Source of the DNA: Xylographa opegraphella
Lineage: Eukaryota
Assembly: GCA_022813865.1 (NCBI GenBank)
Contig: JALDZX010000004.1
Coordinates: forward strand, 124,001-188,000
Length of the DNA stretch: 64,000 nucleotides
Direction: 5' to 3'
Below are positions 48,485-62,133 of this stretch, in pieces. Position numbers and translations under genes: made by a program. Positions within the stretch are counted from its first letter, which is position 1; each line of letters begins with the position of its first letter. The notes beneath the pieces were generated by a model. The model did not search any database. It was given only the letters and a program-made list of their open reading frames with translations, and was not told where the DNA came from.

Positions 48485-51400
48485 GGGACCGGTACGGTAG
48501 TCGGTAGGCATGTTGTGCAGCCTCCGTGGTGGATAAAAGGATAGACTGCGAATAAGCAAGTAATGACATGGAGATTTCCATTAAAGACAATCGCTAGGAC
48601 ACCGTACCAGAATGAAATGCAGCTCGAAGCTTCGACATGAATTTCAATTGAGCTGCTGCCTTTCAACGTTATCGGTACATCAATTCACCGGTCCACGTCT
48701 AGGACCTAATCAGGAGATAAGACGGACTAGGACTAGCGTAGCGACTGTTACGATAAAATCATGTGAAACTTCGAAGTATTTAAACAATGCACCCAGCGGA
48801 ACATGGCTTTTGACTTTATCAAAGCGGCTTGTTAATCAAGGAAGGACCCGGTTACAAGCTTCGAGACGACCATCAAATACAGAGATCCAGGTTCAAACAA
48901 CTGCTCATCCACCCACGTGATCCAATATAGCTAGCGGTTCGAATACTCGAAGCAGGCTTGGTTTGACTACTTCTGACCCGCTACACATTTCATTCGCGGA
49001 GTTCCTCTCTCGTCAACAATTGGTGGTATTATGTATCCATCGTGCTCCATAGGTGATCCACCGCCTTTTTCCTCGGCGGCTCTGAATTGGTTCCACTACG
49101 TATGCCTTTATGTCCGAAAGTTCCCACCCCAGGGCCGAACAGTCCTTCTACTTTTATTCTTGGGCGATTGGGGATGGTATTGAGTACAGTTTCTATTATA
49201 GGGTAACCAATTGATGGTATCCAAAGTGATCCATGGTTCATCAATGTCAGATATACGAAGCCGAGGACATGCGGCATGCAATTGCATTCTACCGCACCTG
49301 CAAGTTTCGAAGCTATATTTCAATAATAGAATTGAGACATGGAGTTTTCAAGTCATGACCACTGATTGACCCACAGGCCCCAACGTGGTGAGAATGTAGA
49401 GCGTCCCTCCATTCTCAGTCATCCTGTCGTCCGAACTACTAGATAGGCACAGATGGACCGATACTTCTGAGTCGCAGGTCGACGCCAAAAGCAATCAGAT
49501 TTAACGAAGGCATTGGTATACATCTATACCGTAGTACCGCAAGTACAGACCCAGCACTCCACGCAGCAATGACGATCCCAGCACCGATCCACCCAATAAA
49601 GCATTTAGAAGCCACGCGGCCCATTACCCCGTCTCCCTACTTGCCGGATCAGGGTCCAGAAATGTATGACCGGATCGTCAAGTATAGGCAAGGTAAGGTA
49701 AGGTAGTTTGTTGCTCTGCCATCTGTCGTAGCCTCGAGACACTAACAGCAATGCGGCCGGGACCTAGGCAGCAGAGCGGGATTAGACGTCCAAGATCTGA
49801 GAACAGATTGGCTTTGCTTCCACGCTTGCTAGCCTGCCGTGCTTTCGAGCGCTGTTGCGATCATACCTTGTGGTTCTTGGTGCAAGCTAGGGGCAATTCA
49901 CAGCTAGGTAGGTACGTACCAATGTGATCATTTTTTGTTCGCCGGCGTAGTAGACATGCAGCTCTTCATTGGTGAAAGGTCAATAACAAGGCAGCCGAGG
50001 TCCGCACATCACCAAGGTGCATCCAGGTCGCCAGCCCGCTACGCGGGCGATCAGTTCATGCATATGGATCATCTTGAGCCCGTTCGAAGATGCCCAGATT
50101 CCCAGATTTCGAGAAGCGGCTTTATCGGACGAATGGACAGGTGTGGAATCGTCTCGTGTGTGCAGTCGGGATGCCGGTTGGGAGTCGCGGCGTTTCTGCA
50201 CGTCAAAAGAGATTTTGACCTCATCGGTAGCACTCCGTTATCACCAACCGTTATCGTCGATGAATGCCTGGCCTTACCTTACCTTTACATTGTACCTTAG
50301 TCGGACTCCGACGGCGCCAAGTGGGATGTGCACACACGCGAAGTGGGCTGCCGCTTTCCATGCAGCAACACTCGACCGGCACGGCCTCGGCCAAAGCAAC
50401 AGCGTCGACCAGCTCGAGCTCCCCATCCTGCATCATCGTGCAGCCGCGTGCGCCAATCGAGCGTGCGATGCGCAAGCCAGAAGTGCCTCAAATCGAAGCC
50501 AGCGAATATCGTGACCAGCCCGTCGTCGTGGCCCATGACGGAAATGCTCCGGCCTTTGTCCGTGCCCCCTCGGCCGCCGGTGCAAAACACAGTCAGGAAC
50601 TAATAACTAGTAAGACAGCATGGCCATGGCCACATCTGAACATGAAATACTGTACCCTACCTTACTGTGTATATTGTGTACCTAATGAAATGAATGCACA
50701 AGTGACATGATCTGAGAGCACGCAGCCGGGATGGGATCACGGCTTCTCACGTGCAACACTTGGCCCGATGCTGATTCGTGGGCCTATTCCTTTCGCATTG
50801 GGGTAGTTGGCGGAGCTAGGGAGGGAGCGCGTCTGCTTGCCTCCAGCAGAGAGCTGTACATTACCTCCATCCTCTCTACTCCCGGACCAAAGATTATCGT
50901 GGTCGACTTACTGGCCGTTGGCCGGAGAAAAAAAAGATTTGACAGCGAGGCTCTCTCCCTCTGCTCTCCTGGAAAGGACTACCTTAAGCTCGACCGCGGC
51001 CAGGCGACGGCAGTAAAAGGTGTCATGAGTCACATGGCACCCTAACAACACGTCGACCGACACGGTGCCGATAGCCAGCCGGATCGGAGATGGGCCACCC
51101 CGGTGGTGAGGATGGGACGCAAATGTCGCCCGTTGGCAGCGTCGCTATCTTCAGAAGTAGTAGGAAGGGGGGGGGAAACGAGTGTGTGCGCCCAAGCTTT
51201 TTTTCCAAAGAGCGGGAAGCGCCAAAGCGATCTAGGAGATTTCTCGTGGGTTCAATATAGGTAGTCATGTGTCCCCCTCCATGATCTTATTTTTGGTTGG
51301 GTGGCCAAAAGCTCCCCTTGCCCGTTTAGTACATTGTACCCTTGGGAAAGGCAGAGAAGCTCTCGTCCAGAACACCTTCGACGTAATACTTAATGCACCT

Positions 51401-53700
51401 TCCTCTTTCGGACCGCTGCTTACACAGTAGTTGTCGGCCACCTTCGTCTCGCTGAAAGCTGAAAGCTGAAAGGATGTGACCGGGAAGGTCAACTCGTGCC
51501 CACATTGCTGCCACAGCGGTGCCTCCCTGACAACAACGTACTTCCGTACCCTCACTTGATCACCGCCTGTGCCTTGTCAGCCAGTCACGAGCCGCTGCGG
51601 TTGGCTCGTGCGGCATGGGGCAGAGCGTCGGTCGATCCAGTGGTTTGATGCGCTGGTTTGTGGAGCGCGGATGAGCAAGGCCGTACTGTGTAGCGAGGGA
51701 AGCGGACTGCGAATGTGGCTGTTGAGGATTGCGCAGGGAAGTTCTGTGACTGGTCAGCGCCGAGGCCCGCTCTATCTAGCTTTGCCGATGCATGCCATCT
51801 GCACCCTAGTCCTAGCCCGCTGCGAAATCTGGGGTCGATAGAGCAGCGCTGCCACTACACCACACTGTACACTCTGACCTGACCTGTACTTATTGCAAAA
51901 GAGTGGGAAGCTAAGAAAGGAACGTCGAGTGCCCTGTGTTGGCGTCCCGAGTACAAAAGGTGGTCATGGGAGACCCGCGTAGAGGAGTGGTAGGCAAGGG
52001 GAAGCATGACGATCGAGAGAGCTTTCACCGTCGAGCTTGTGGTTGGAAGGGGGCCCAAACCCGGAAGTCGTAAGCCCCGTGAGGGCGGCTCTCAGCTGTC
52101 TGCTGCTGCAGATACTACAGTACACACCGCACGCAATTGCTGGGCGAACCATGGCTCCGGGGTTGGCGGGTAGTGTCAGACCGCGTGTGGAGGGAAGGCG
52201 CATTCAGGCCCGCATGTGGAGATTGCTTCAACTTTATATCAGATGAACGGTGGGTGCACCGGACCCAAGCTCAATATGCGGCAGTCCTGCTGCTTTACCT
52301 AGGGCTCTGAGTATTGACGTTGCCTTCTCACTCCCACCGTTTGGGAGTGCCATCTCCACATTTTAAGATTGAATGGAAGAGTTACCGTAAGGTGAGAGAG
52401 CGTCGTCGGCGTGGGAAGCTTCTGGATCGCTGCGTCGCTCACTTGCTAGTTGGAGCCCGGTGGAGCAGAAAATGGAGCCGCTTTTAGGGGGCTAGTCGCC
52501 CCCCTAGCGGACACCAGCTCAGGGGCCCCCATGGCCTATGGTCATCGCTGGCGAGGAAATGGCCGCACTGCACGTCCGTGGTACGAAGTAGGGGATCATC
52601 CATGAAGGTTTTGCATAAGCAGTCGCTGCGAAGCCAGCTTGCTCGTACTCCTGTACTCGTACCCGTATCTCGAACAGATGCAAAAGCACTGCATGAGACG
52701 TTGCTGATCCCCCAGTCGCATTCGAAGCACTTACCGTACTCTCTCGTCCACGATCTCGACCCAAAAATCGCCGACGGAGCGTAGCTCAGAATTCCGCTCT
52801 GCCGTTTCATCTCAGCCACCCAGCGAATTTAGCACAACACCTGACTCGTCGACTGGGGGGCCGATCTCACGGCCTTTCTCAACCCCATTCAGCGAGCGAC
52901 CAAGCAATTCGCTGCGCATGCTCTTGTGACGTCGCCACGAACACTGAATGCCATTCTGCGACTCTACCCATTGCTGAGCATTCGGACTGTACATACTGAT
53001 TCCACCAATCTTCACGCCAGCTCGACCGCTACACAGCCTTGCGTGGGCCGCGGTGGTGTAGATTCTTCGTCGTCTGGGACTGCCTCTCACGAGTGACCGG
53101 GAACTTGTGATTTTATACAATCGCTCGGGAAAGTCTCAACAGGGCTCCGCTACAGTGCTGTGATTGTCGTCTGTGGGATTTCGTCAATCGGGTTTCTGGG
53201 CGCAAAGGAGCTCTGCGGTCATACCAAAACTTCACCATTAATTGACTCCAATCTCGATAGCAATCGCACTGGCAATTCGGAGTCAACGCAATCGATATAC
53301 GCGGCATCCTGTACTTCGGAAGGCCACCTTCCTAAGCTGTTCGCAATCGGAATTCAGTGCGGCTAGCGGCAGCTGCATGGCATTTCCTCCTCTCCTGCTG
53401 AGTCCTCGGTGAAGTCTATAGGTGAATGATTTCCATGACTCAAGTTCTTGATGCTGCAAGCACTGTGCTGGATGGATGCTAACATTCCGGCTTTGTCAGT
53501 GTAGATTCCTCTCAATAGCACTTCTAGATTTCATCGATCCCTATCTCGGGGCCCCCTACAAAAGAAAGGACAGAAATCATTTTCTTCATCATCCGACCCA
53601 CCGGATCAGCTGTGTCTCTTGCTTGTCCGACTGGCTAGAGGGTTCGCAGGAGTCTTCTGAGCCGTCAAAGCACATAAGAAGATAAACGTCTTCCAGGACG

Positions 53701-56700
53701 ATGCTATCAGACACGAGTTCACTATCGAACATCTCGACCAACCTAGTCATGACTCCCACAACTGGGAATGCCAATGAGGTGGACGGAGCCGTTCTGAGCA
53801 TGAGCCCTGGAGGAAGTACGTATCATTCTGCTCGTTCAGTTGTAGCAGCTACCCTTTCACGACGATATGTCCATAGCTAACAAGCGGAGCTCCAGGTCGT
53901 CCACCCACAAAATCGCTCGCTGGCGTTACAAACGGGAACCCAAACTTCCCACCCCCGAAAACAGACAAACCACGCCCGCACGTTTGTGGGACATGTGGTC
54001 GATCCTTCGCCCGCCTGGAGCACTTGAAAAGGCACGAACGCTCCCACACCAAGGAGAAACCATTCGAGTGCCCTGAATGCACAAGGTGCTTTGCGCGACG
54101 GGATCTGCTTTTGCGGCATCAGCAGAAGTTACACATGACCACTACGCCATCATCTCGACCGAGAAATGGTAGACGTGAGAGTGCGAGCAATACGGCCCCA
54201 AATGGCTCTGGCAGAGTACGCAAGAACTCTGTTGCGAACAGTACAAGCGTGGCAACCGGTGCCGCATCGATGCGACCCCGAGCGAACACAATCAGTCATG
54301 TTGACAATGCTACACTCGGCATGATTGCGGCTGCTAACTCTTCAGCTGCGCGGCGTGACTCGATGAACCTTGGCCACCACCAACAAGCAGGCCTCAATAT
54401 GCTGCGCGGACCCGGGAACTTCGAGTTTCGAGGCATGTCCACTGCTCATGGCCATCATGGAAATCCTCACGGCCTTCCAAAGCTGGAAACACATGGCCTC
54501 AACATAGACTTGAGTGGATCTTTGCGGACTGCACCACCTTTCGGCGGGTTTGAACACACCTTTGGCGTAGATAGCATGGTATTCGGCCCTGGAAGTACGA
54601 TAAACCCCGCTCAACTCCACTTCAGCGACTCTCCGCACTCACTAGTATTCGACACCCCAGGTTCCCCATATTCTCAGGGCTTTCCGGGCATACCTACCGG
54701 CTCAGGTATGATGGATGACGAAGGTAGCTTCGAGTGGATGAACGGCTTCGACCATCAAATGTCGTTCAACCATGCAAACGAGCACGCTATCGCTGGGTCC
54801 TCTCCATCCGCAATAAGTACAGGGAGTCCGTCCGGTATTAGTGAAGCTATGCTCGACGGCTCCAACATTTCCGTGTCCACAACGTCAATGTGGCCAAACT
54901 CACTGCTCTCCCAGGCACCCCTAGGCCCAGACTACACCATGGATCTAACAGGGTCCCCGTTCCCAGATCTACTTCCTCTAGATCAGTCATCGCCAAAAGT
55001 CTTTCAAGATCCCTTCGCCGGACATAACTTTTACGCGAGCTCTCAGAGTCCTTTGACTCCGATCCAAGGACTAGCCAACCAAACATACCATCCTCCCATG
55101 ACTGTCAATCCCGAAACTCCAACGACATCGGCCGCTTCTGTGAGTAGTAGCAATCGCCAGAGCTCCGTGACCTCGACCTCAACGGATTCCATCACCGAGG
55201 CTACCCGTCAAGCACTGTTGGCGACCTTGTCTCAGCACTCCGCGTTCGGTCACGGGCATCGTAAATATTCCCAGCCAACAATAAGCTCACCACTCTCGCC
55301 GGCCTTTTCGTCTAGACCACGTAGTATCAGCAACGTGTCGCTACCAAGTACATATGATCTTCAACGCTACGTTACCGCTTACATACAATACTTTCATCCA
55401 CATCTACCCTTTTTACATATCCCCACCCTTTCATTCGATTCTGCGCCGTACACGAACAACATTCGTCCTTCCGGCGTACATTCTGCCCTCCATCATTTAG
55501 GTGTGGCTGGTGGCGGAGGCTGCCTGATACTCGCCATGGCTGCTATTGGTGCATTGTACGAATATGACAACATAGCCTCCAAAGAGCTTTTCGAAATGGC
55601 CAAGCGAATGATCCAGCTTTACCTAGAGGAGCGGCGGAAAGCTGACATGTCTGCGGCTCTCAACGGTTCGACAACCAATGGTGAGAACTCCATGCAGAGC
55701 ACTCCATTGTGGCTGGTGCAGGCCATGCTGCTCAACGTAATCTACGGCCATAACTGTGGCGATAAGAAATCTGCAGAAATTGCGAGTGGGCTTTGTGCGT
55801 CACTTGTCAGTCTTGCTCGTGCAGCGGAACTTGCTAGACCGTTTACCATGGGATCTCCAGCTCACAGTGATTCCTTACAACAATCTGTTGGGGGCTCGTC
55901 CGACTTGGACGTTCACATGGGCAATGGTGGCTGGCATCAGAACACTGTTCAAAGTGTCGATAACCATTCCAATTGGTATACTTGGAAAACCGCCGAAGAG
56001 AGGAAGAGGACACTATTCGCAGTGTTCATCCTGTCCAGCATGCTAGTCTCTGCTTACAATCATGCGCCAGCTTTAACGAACTCCGAAATCAGACTAGACC
56101 TACCCTGCGATGAAGATTTGTGGGCGGCAGACTCCGCTGAAGCATGGAATGCAATGGGCGGTGCATCTGTGGCCGAGCAAAGAGCTACACCTTTCTCCTC
56201 GGCTTTGAGTTCCTTGCTTACCGCCAGCCAACGCCAGCAACAACATCAGCAATCAATGTCACAGGCCTTTTGCCAGCCCTTTGGATTTGACTTCACCCAG
56301 ACCGATCTGCCTCCTAGTGATTTTCAAGCAAGTACTTTTGGATGTCTCGTTCTGATCAATGCTCTGCATAATTATATCTGGGAAACCCGACAACGACATC
56401 TGGGACGGCAATGGACGATGCAGGAGACTGAATCGATGCATGCACATATTGAACCAGCACTGACAGCATGGCAAGCCGTGTGGGCAAGCAATCCCCATCA
56501 CAGTCTGGAGAGGCCGAATCCTTTTGGGCTTGGTCCTCTCTCTGCTGACAGTATCCCGCTTCTTGATCTTGCCTACGTTCGACTTTTTGTCAACCTCGGT
56601 CGCTCAAAGGAGGCATTTTGGCAGCGTGATTTCGATGGTATGGCCGACGAATTAGCCAGGGGAACGGAGATTATACAGCATGCCGATCACTCTCCGATGC

Positions 56701-57431
56701 TTCACTCGAGTAATTGTCATTCATCACTCTCTTCTTCAAGCACGTCAAGCATTGCGAAAATAGACCCTTTCGTCAAACAGGAACACTCTTTAATCTCGAG
56801 CTTGTCTCCCGTCGCACAACCATTCGGCAAGTCATCCAAGCGGGAGCGACATCTACGCAAGGCTGCGTACCATGCAGCACATTCACTGTCACTGTCGGAC
56901 AAGCTTGGTGTGACGTTTGCTGATTTTAATTCCCGTGAGCTACCGATACAATCGGCCATGTGTGCGTTTGACTGTGCGCAAGTCCTTGCGGAGTGGGTCT
57001 CCACTGTACAGGAACGCGTGGGCAGGTATCTCGGCATTCTTGGCAAGGACGATATTGACTACGAATCGGTCCCAGCGGTTATGTACGTTGACACTGAGGA
57101 CACTACCCTTTTTTCCAAGATCGATCAGGTTTTGAGCAGTGTCGAGTTAAAGATCGCAATCGATAGTGGCGCCACAGGATCCTTGACCGCGATGAATTCA
57201 CCGAGCGATCTCCCCAACATGAGCGATTGTGGTTATGGAAGTAAGATTCTGTTGGTAACTGCATACATGCTCGATAAATCTGCAGTCTGGCCAGGTAGGT
57301 ACCAATCTAGCAGACCAATCGAACGCTAATGCTAATCAAATACAGTGACACGTCTCATGGCAAGGTCATTGGAAACCCAGGCGGCTCATATGAAAGCCAG
57401 GGCTGAGAAGTCCATCGTCGACTTCGAATAG
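53701..57431 (+). CDS. amdX: C2H2 zinc-finger transcription factor with fungal TF middle domain (AmdX/Adr1-like)
   Basis: [79 protein letters not shown]. Exons 53701-53815, 53896-57294, 57346-57431. Confidence 0.9.
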
Positions 57432-58343
57432 CCATTTACATTTGTGACGTCTTTTCAGCTTCCGGAATCTGTGGAGGTTGTGTATATGCTACGTACGATC
57501 TTACGACACCTGTTATATATTACCAAAAATTCACGATACAGCTCCCTGAAAGCTCGGTGAGCTCTACTGGCGGTCTGGCATGCGTAGGCTGCTAGGCACG
57601 TTTCACAAGTCTTTACGATCTGATCGAGTGTTTACTGAACGATGTCGGTTCCGGTCGGCGTCGGCGATCTTTTTCAATGTCCATATCAGCGTATTAGGAA
57701 AGAAGGAAAATCGGCTGTGAAAAACGTGGACGGAAATCTGTATCTAGCTATTGTTGCTCTGTGAAAAGTCACAGACACCTGTCTTGGCGCATAAACAGAA
57801 ACAAATACCATTTTACGTATAGCTCAGTATTGCATTCGATCAAGTAAAAGTGGGACTGTGATCATTGTGCGAACTATAGAGATGGGCGTTCTACATATTG
57901 CCGTAGTATATTGGAGCACGATTTGTTGTCGTTGCAGTACCTTGCTATCGATATAAAATTGGCACAGTTCTGAACGCGCCCCCTCCCGTTTCAGCCTTAC
58001 ACACGGCCCCCCATGGCCGCTGGTCAAACAGTTAACAAACATCAGGTACCATACGGATGTACTGTTTGTATCTATGTAAAGATCTCAAGTCCAGGAAAAA
58101 CAATAGTCTCCACTAGATATGGTTTTGGCAAGAATGGTTTCGTCTAAGCCTAGGTCCATCCCTGTGTATGCAAGAAGAATCCTTTGACCGTGGCGCAGCT
58201 GCACATGGACAGGATGCGTTACAGCCTCAGCCGCAAGAAACCTTCTAATCGATGAATTCATGATCCTCAATTGACCAATTTTCCAATCAGCTGCTCTTCC
58301 TCCTCGAGCAAAACTTTGGGCCACAGTGACTTTTTTTCCCATC

Positions 58344-60338
58344 ATGACCGAGGAACCTCAGCAGCAGCTGTCTATCCAGGCTCGCATTGCAGCACTCAAC
58401 CTCGGCCAGGTGGGGAAAGCTCCCATCACAGCTACCCCATGTTCGAGGCCAGTGCCAAAGTCTACCCAGGACTTTAGGCGAGCATCGACCAACATACCGA
58501 CTCAGAGCACCATATCTTCTCCGAACAATGGCATCGCCAACGAGCCCATTGGCCCGACTCGGCCAGCGGTGCTTCCACCACCCACCATCTTTCGTTCGGG
58601 TCAAGCTGCAGATCCCTCTGCTGCACCAGCTCCACCCCCTCGACTTCCACCACGAAAAAGCTCGTCACAAATATCCCAAAATTCACCAGCCCTTCCTCCC
58701 CGGAGACCATCCGAGCAGTTTAGCCGGAGGGACTCCTCGGAATCGATTTCTTCAGCTATTTCAACTATTTCAACTATTTCAGCAGTCTCGAACGGTACAG
58801 GGAGGACATCAGGATCCAGAGCTCCATCGATGGAGGCGCCGAGGCTGAGGGTCCCCGTCTACGATCCATCGTCATTGCCGCCCTTGCCTCCGAAGAGATC
58901 ACTACAGAAAAAGGAGGAATCTACTACAAGGATACCTTTGAAAGGGACAAAGTCTACACCCAGTATCACGACTACAGAGGTTCTGCCCCCGCCGAAAGTA
59001 CCTGCACGTCCTCAAAGACCGAACGAAAGAGAACGATCGAGAGAACCGGCAAGACAATTGCCCCCTCGAGACCTCCCACCAACACCAACGAGGCCAGTAC
59101 CATCGCCTGCTGTAGAGGGGGCGAATGGTATCACAAATGGACAGGCTCACAAAGGAACACCCCCTCCAATACCTATGTCATCTCGGCCGGACTTGTCCAA
59201 AATTCTGGCCACCAAGCCGAAAACATCCTCCATATTACCCTCCACTGCCCACAGACCAACTGCCCAGTCTTCGGAGTCGTGTCTCAAGTGTCACAATTTT
59301 TCTGGACCCGACAACCATGCTGCCATGTTTCCTCGGCACAGCGTCCCTTCTTTGGACTGGCTAGCCACAGAACTCACGGCCCCTTTCCCCTCAGATACGG
59401 ACAAGGCCCGAGCAATCTTCACTTGGCTACACCACAACGTATCGTATGATGTTGAGGCCTTCTTCAATGATCGTGTGCAGCGCTCTACGCCAATATCCAC
59501 TCTTTCGACTGGTCTAGCCGTTTGTGAAGGCTATGCTGCTCTTTTCACAGCACTTGCCACAAAAGCTGGCCTCCAAAGTATCGTCATATCTGGTCACGGC
59601 AAGGGATTCGGTATCGAGCCGGTTGCTCCAGGCGCTCCGGTTCCCCCCGAGAGTATGAACCATGCCTGGAATGCCGTCAGAATCGATGACGGCGAATGGA
59701 AGCTCATCGATACTTGCTGGGGCGCAGGCGACGTCAACGGTAAAGGGAAGCCCTACAACAAAAACTTCAAACCGAACCATTTCACCATGGACAATGACGA
59801 ATTCGGTCTCCGCCATTTCCCGACCAATCGAAACCACTTCTACCGCACAGACGGGCGTGCGCAGATTTCTTGGGACGAGTACATCCTCGGCGACCAGGGT
59901 GGCGAGGGCGCGCGGGTTTTCAGCAACATCGCACCTCAAGAAGGGCTATCGTCCACCAAGTTCCTGCCCAAATACCTCAAGCTTCCCGTTTCGCCGACCG
60001 TGCACGCGGGCCCGACGGTGCGCTTCCAGTTCGAGAAGGTCTGTCCGCACTGGGACGGGCTGACGCAGGGGACAGGCCAGCCGTTCATGTACATCCTTTC
60101 CATCCACGGCACCGACGGCCGCGAGGCCGACTACGTGCCCTTTGACACGAACGGCATGTTCTGGTGGGCGGACGTGCCGCCGCAGAAGCTGGGGGCGAGG
60201 GGTCAGACCGTCACGCTGTACACGGTCGATACGGTGCAGGGGAATACGGGGCGCGGGCTGAGTAAGGAGGAGTATCTCATGGCGAAGGGGCGGAAGGCAA
60301 TGGGCTTTCAGGGTGTGGCGGCTTGGGAACTGGTGTAG
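58344..60338 (+). CDS. Transglutaminase-like cysteine peptidase (kyphoscoliosis peptidase/Cyk3-like) with a Pro-rich N-terminus
   Basis: DKARAIFTWLHHN, catalytic triad VCEGYA / HAWNAV / IDTCWG, many PxxP motifs; intronless. Confidence 0.9.
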   Translation: MTEEPQQQLSIQARIAALNLGQVGKAPITATPCSRPVPKSTQDFRRASTNIPTQSTISSPNNGIANEPIGPTRPAVLPPPTIFRSGQAADPSAAPAPPPRLPPRKSSSQISQNSPALPPRRPSEQFSRRDSSESISSAISTISTISAVSNGTGRTSGSRAPSMEAPRLRVPVYDPSSLPPLPPKRSLQKKEESTTRIPLKGTKSTPSITTTEVLPPPKVPARPQRPNERERSREPARQLPPRDLPPTPTRPVPSPAVEGANGITNGQAHKGTPPPIPMSSRPDLSKILATKPKTSSILPSTAHRPTAQSSESCLKCHNFSGPDNHAAMFPRHSVPSLDWLATELTAPFPSDTDKARAIFTWLHHNVSYDVEAFFNDRVQRSTPISTLSTGLAVCEGYAALFTALATKAGLQSIVISGHGKGFGIEPVAPGAPVPPESMNHAWNAVRIDDGEWKLIDTCWGAGDVNGKGKPYNKNFKPNHFTMDNDEFGLRHFPTNRNHFYRTDGRAQISWDEYILGDQGGEGARVFSNIAPQEGLSSTKFLPKYLKLPVSPTVHAGPTVRFQFEKVCPHWDGLTQGTGQPFMYILSIHGTDGREADYVPFDTNGMFWWADVPPQKLGARGQTVTLYTVDTVQGNTGRGLSKEEYLMAKGRKAMGFQGVAAWELV

Positions 60339-62094
60339 GTTAGCGAATGGGGGCGGCGCTTGTTCTGCGCGGCAGGTATGAGTTGTGTTTGTTCTGTCGG
60401 CTTGATAGGGTGGGGGTTTCGGGGAAATTGGGGAGGGTATAGCTAACGGCTTCGACGACGAACTGTTCAATGATGAATGCAGATCAGCGCGTGGTGTCTT
60501 GCTCCTCGGACTTGCGAGACTGTCGGCTGAAGAAAGGATTTGGTATGGATGGATGGATGGATGTCGATATACAGACAGATACATTTATGCCCCCCTTTTC
60601 ACAGACCTCGATACAGCGTGGAATGGCATACCTTACTTTTGGCACGGGGAGGGTTCAGCTACCTAAAGACGGCCCCTTGAGCTCAGGCACTGCACCAGCG
60701 ATAAGGTAGCGCGACGGCTTTTCGAAAGGCGCGAGAAGGCCGCTGAGTGGGTTAGCCTCCTTGCTTCTTCGCTTGACTGGTATGGTACCAGTACTGTGAG
60801 GAGGTACGCGGGATTCGCTGAACGCTTTTAGCTAGCTAAGCTAGGTAGCTACCTGGACTAAAGGACCTAGCTGGGCGGCAGGAGGCCAATAATGGACGAT
60901 GGACGGAAATAGTATGTAGGTATGCATCCAGCACGTCTGTACTTGGACGTTCTGCGTCCATGGTGGTGCATCTCGAGTTGTTGAGGATCAAGTAAAATTT
61001 CCTTTCATGAACGTCGCTTGCGGTCCGGTCGATCGCGGGCTATATATGTATGTCAGGCGTTGCGAAGTGAGTGGGAGTGGAGGATTCGGCCGGCTACTGG
61101 TGTGTAAGGTATCACCGCACGTACTGTATATTAAAATATTACTACCCATCACGCACCTCAGCCCATTGGTCGGCAATACCCATTAACATCAAACACTGCA
61201 TCTTCATAGAAGACATACTAACGCTCAATAAAATTCCCCGGCGCTTATTCTTCCCAAGCACTCACTGTGTATATATATATATATATCCCCACTTAGCCCA
61301 TCCCTGCTAACTATACCTCCAACCCCTTTTCTTTTATCAAGCTCGGCACCCCCCGTCTCGACCGTATTCGGCAACGGAGGTATTCGCTACCATCGCCGCC
61401 TTGCACTTTTCCTATTCCGTTTGTATGTATGTATGTATACGTCGTGGGAGCTTGGGCTGGATGGGTAGAGGGCAGAGGGCAGAGAGGGGGGGGGGGAACG
61501 CCAGGGCTGTCTTGATGGCTAGATCCCGGGGTTTCCTGTACTGTACCGTTCGGGACGGGTGGTGTTTTTGGGGCTTTGTACACACATGACATCGGGATAC
61601 AATTGTGCACGCGGAAGTGAATTCCGGACGGGATTTGGTCCCGGCGGAAAGGGGCCGGCTGGCTTTGAAGCGCTGCTGCTGCGTTCGGGACTGCATTTTC
61701 TGGTTTATAGGTATCTTTCTTCCCCCCCCCCGGACCCCAAGGCCCCGGTCCGGCCTTCTGGAAGCCCTGCCCTGCCCTTTGCAGCTAGATATGTGAATCA
61801 TTAACTACTAAATCGTTCCCTCCACCTCGGCCCCGTCTGGACATGCGCAAGGCCGGCGAAATTGTCTAGCCGATCGAAGCCGGTAAAAGCGTTTTCAAAA
61901 CTCCCCAAAAACGGACCTTTCCATCGATGATGATGGGCACAGTTAGCGCATGGAAATTTTGCGTGGAGGAAAAAAAAGAAAAATTCTCGCGTAGAATCGG
62001 GGGTACGGTAGGATGGCTTCGTTCTAAACTAGTTAACGTAAAAGATAGTATACAAAGCAGCACCGGTCCTTTTCCTATCCCCGCTCCCTTCTTC

Positions 62095-62118
62095 TTCTCT
62101 CTCTCTCTCTCTCTCTCC
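62095..62118. repeat. (CT)n microsatellite
   Basis: Directly visible just 3' of the last gene. Confidence 0.9.
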
Positions 62119-62133
62119 CTCACTCCCTCTTTC

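Noticed and set aside
48930..48960. GGTTCGAAT, resembling a tRNA T-loop/B-box
   Set aside because: No cloverleaf stems or A-box could be built around it.
49935..50710. Overlapping 120-165 aa ORFs upstream of amdX
   Set aside because: Mostly non-ATG starts, no motifs, and open in several frames because of GC content.
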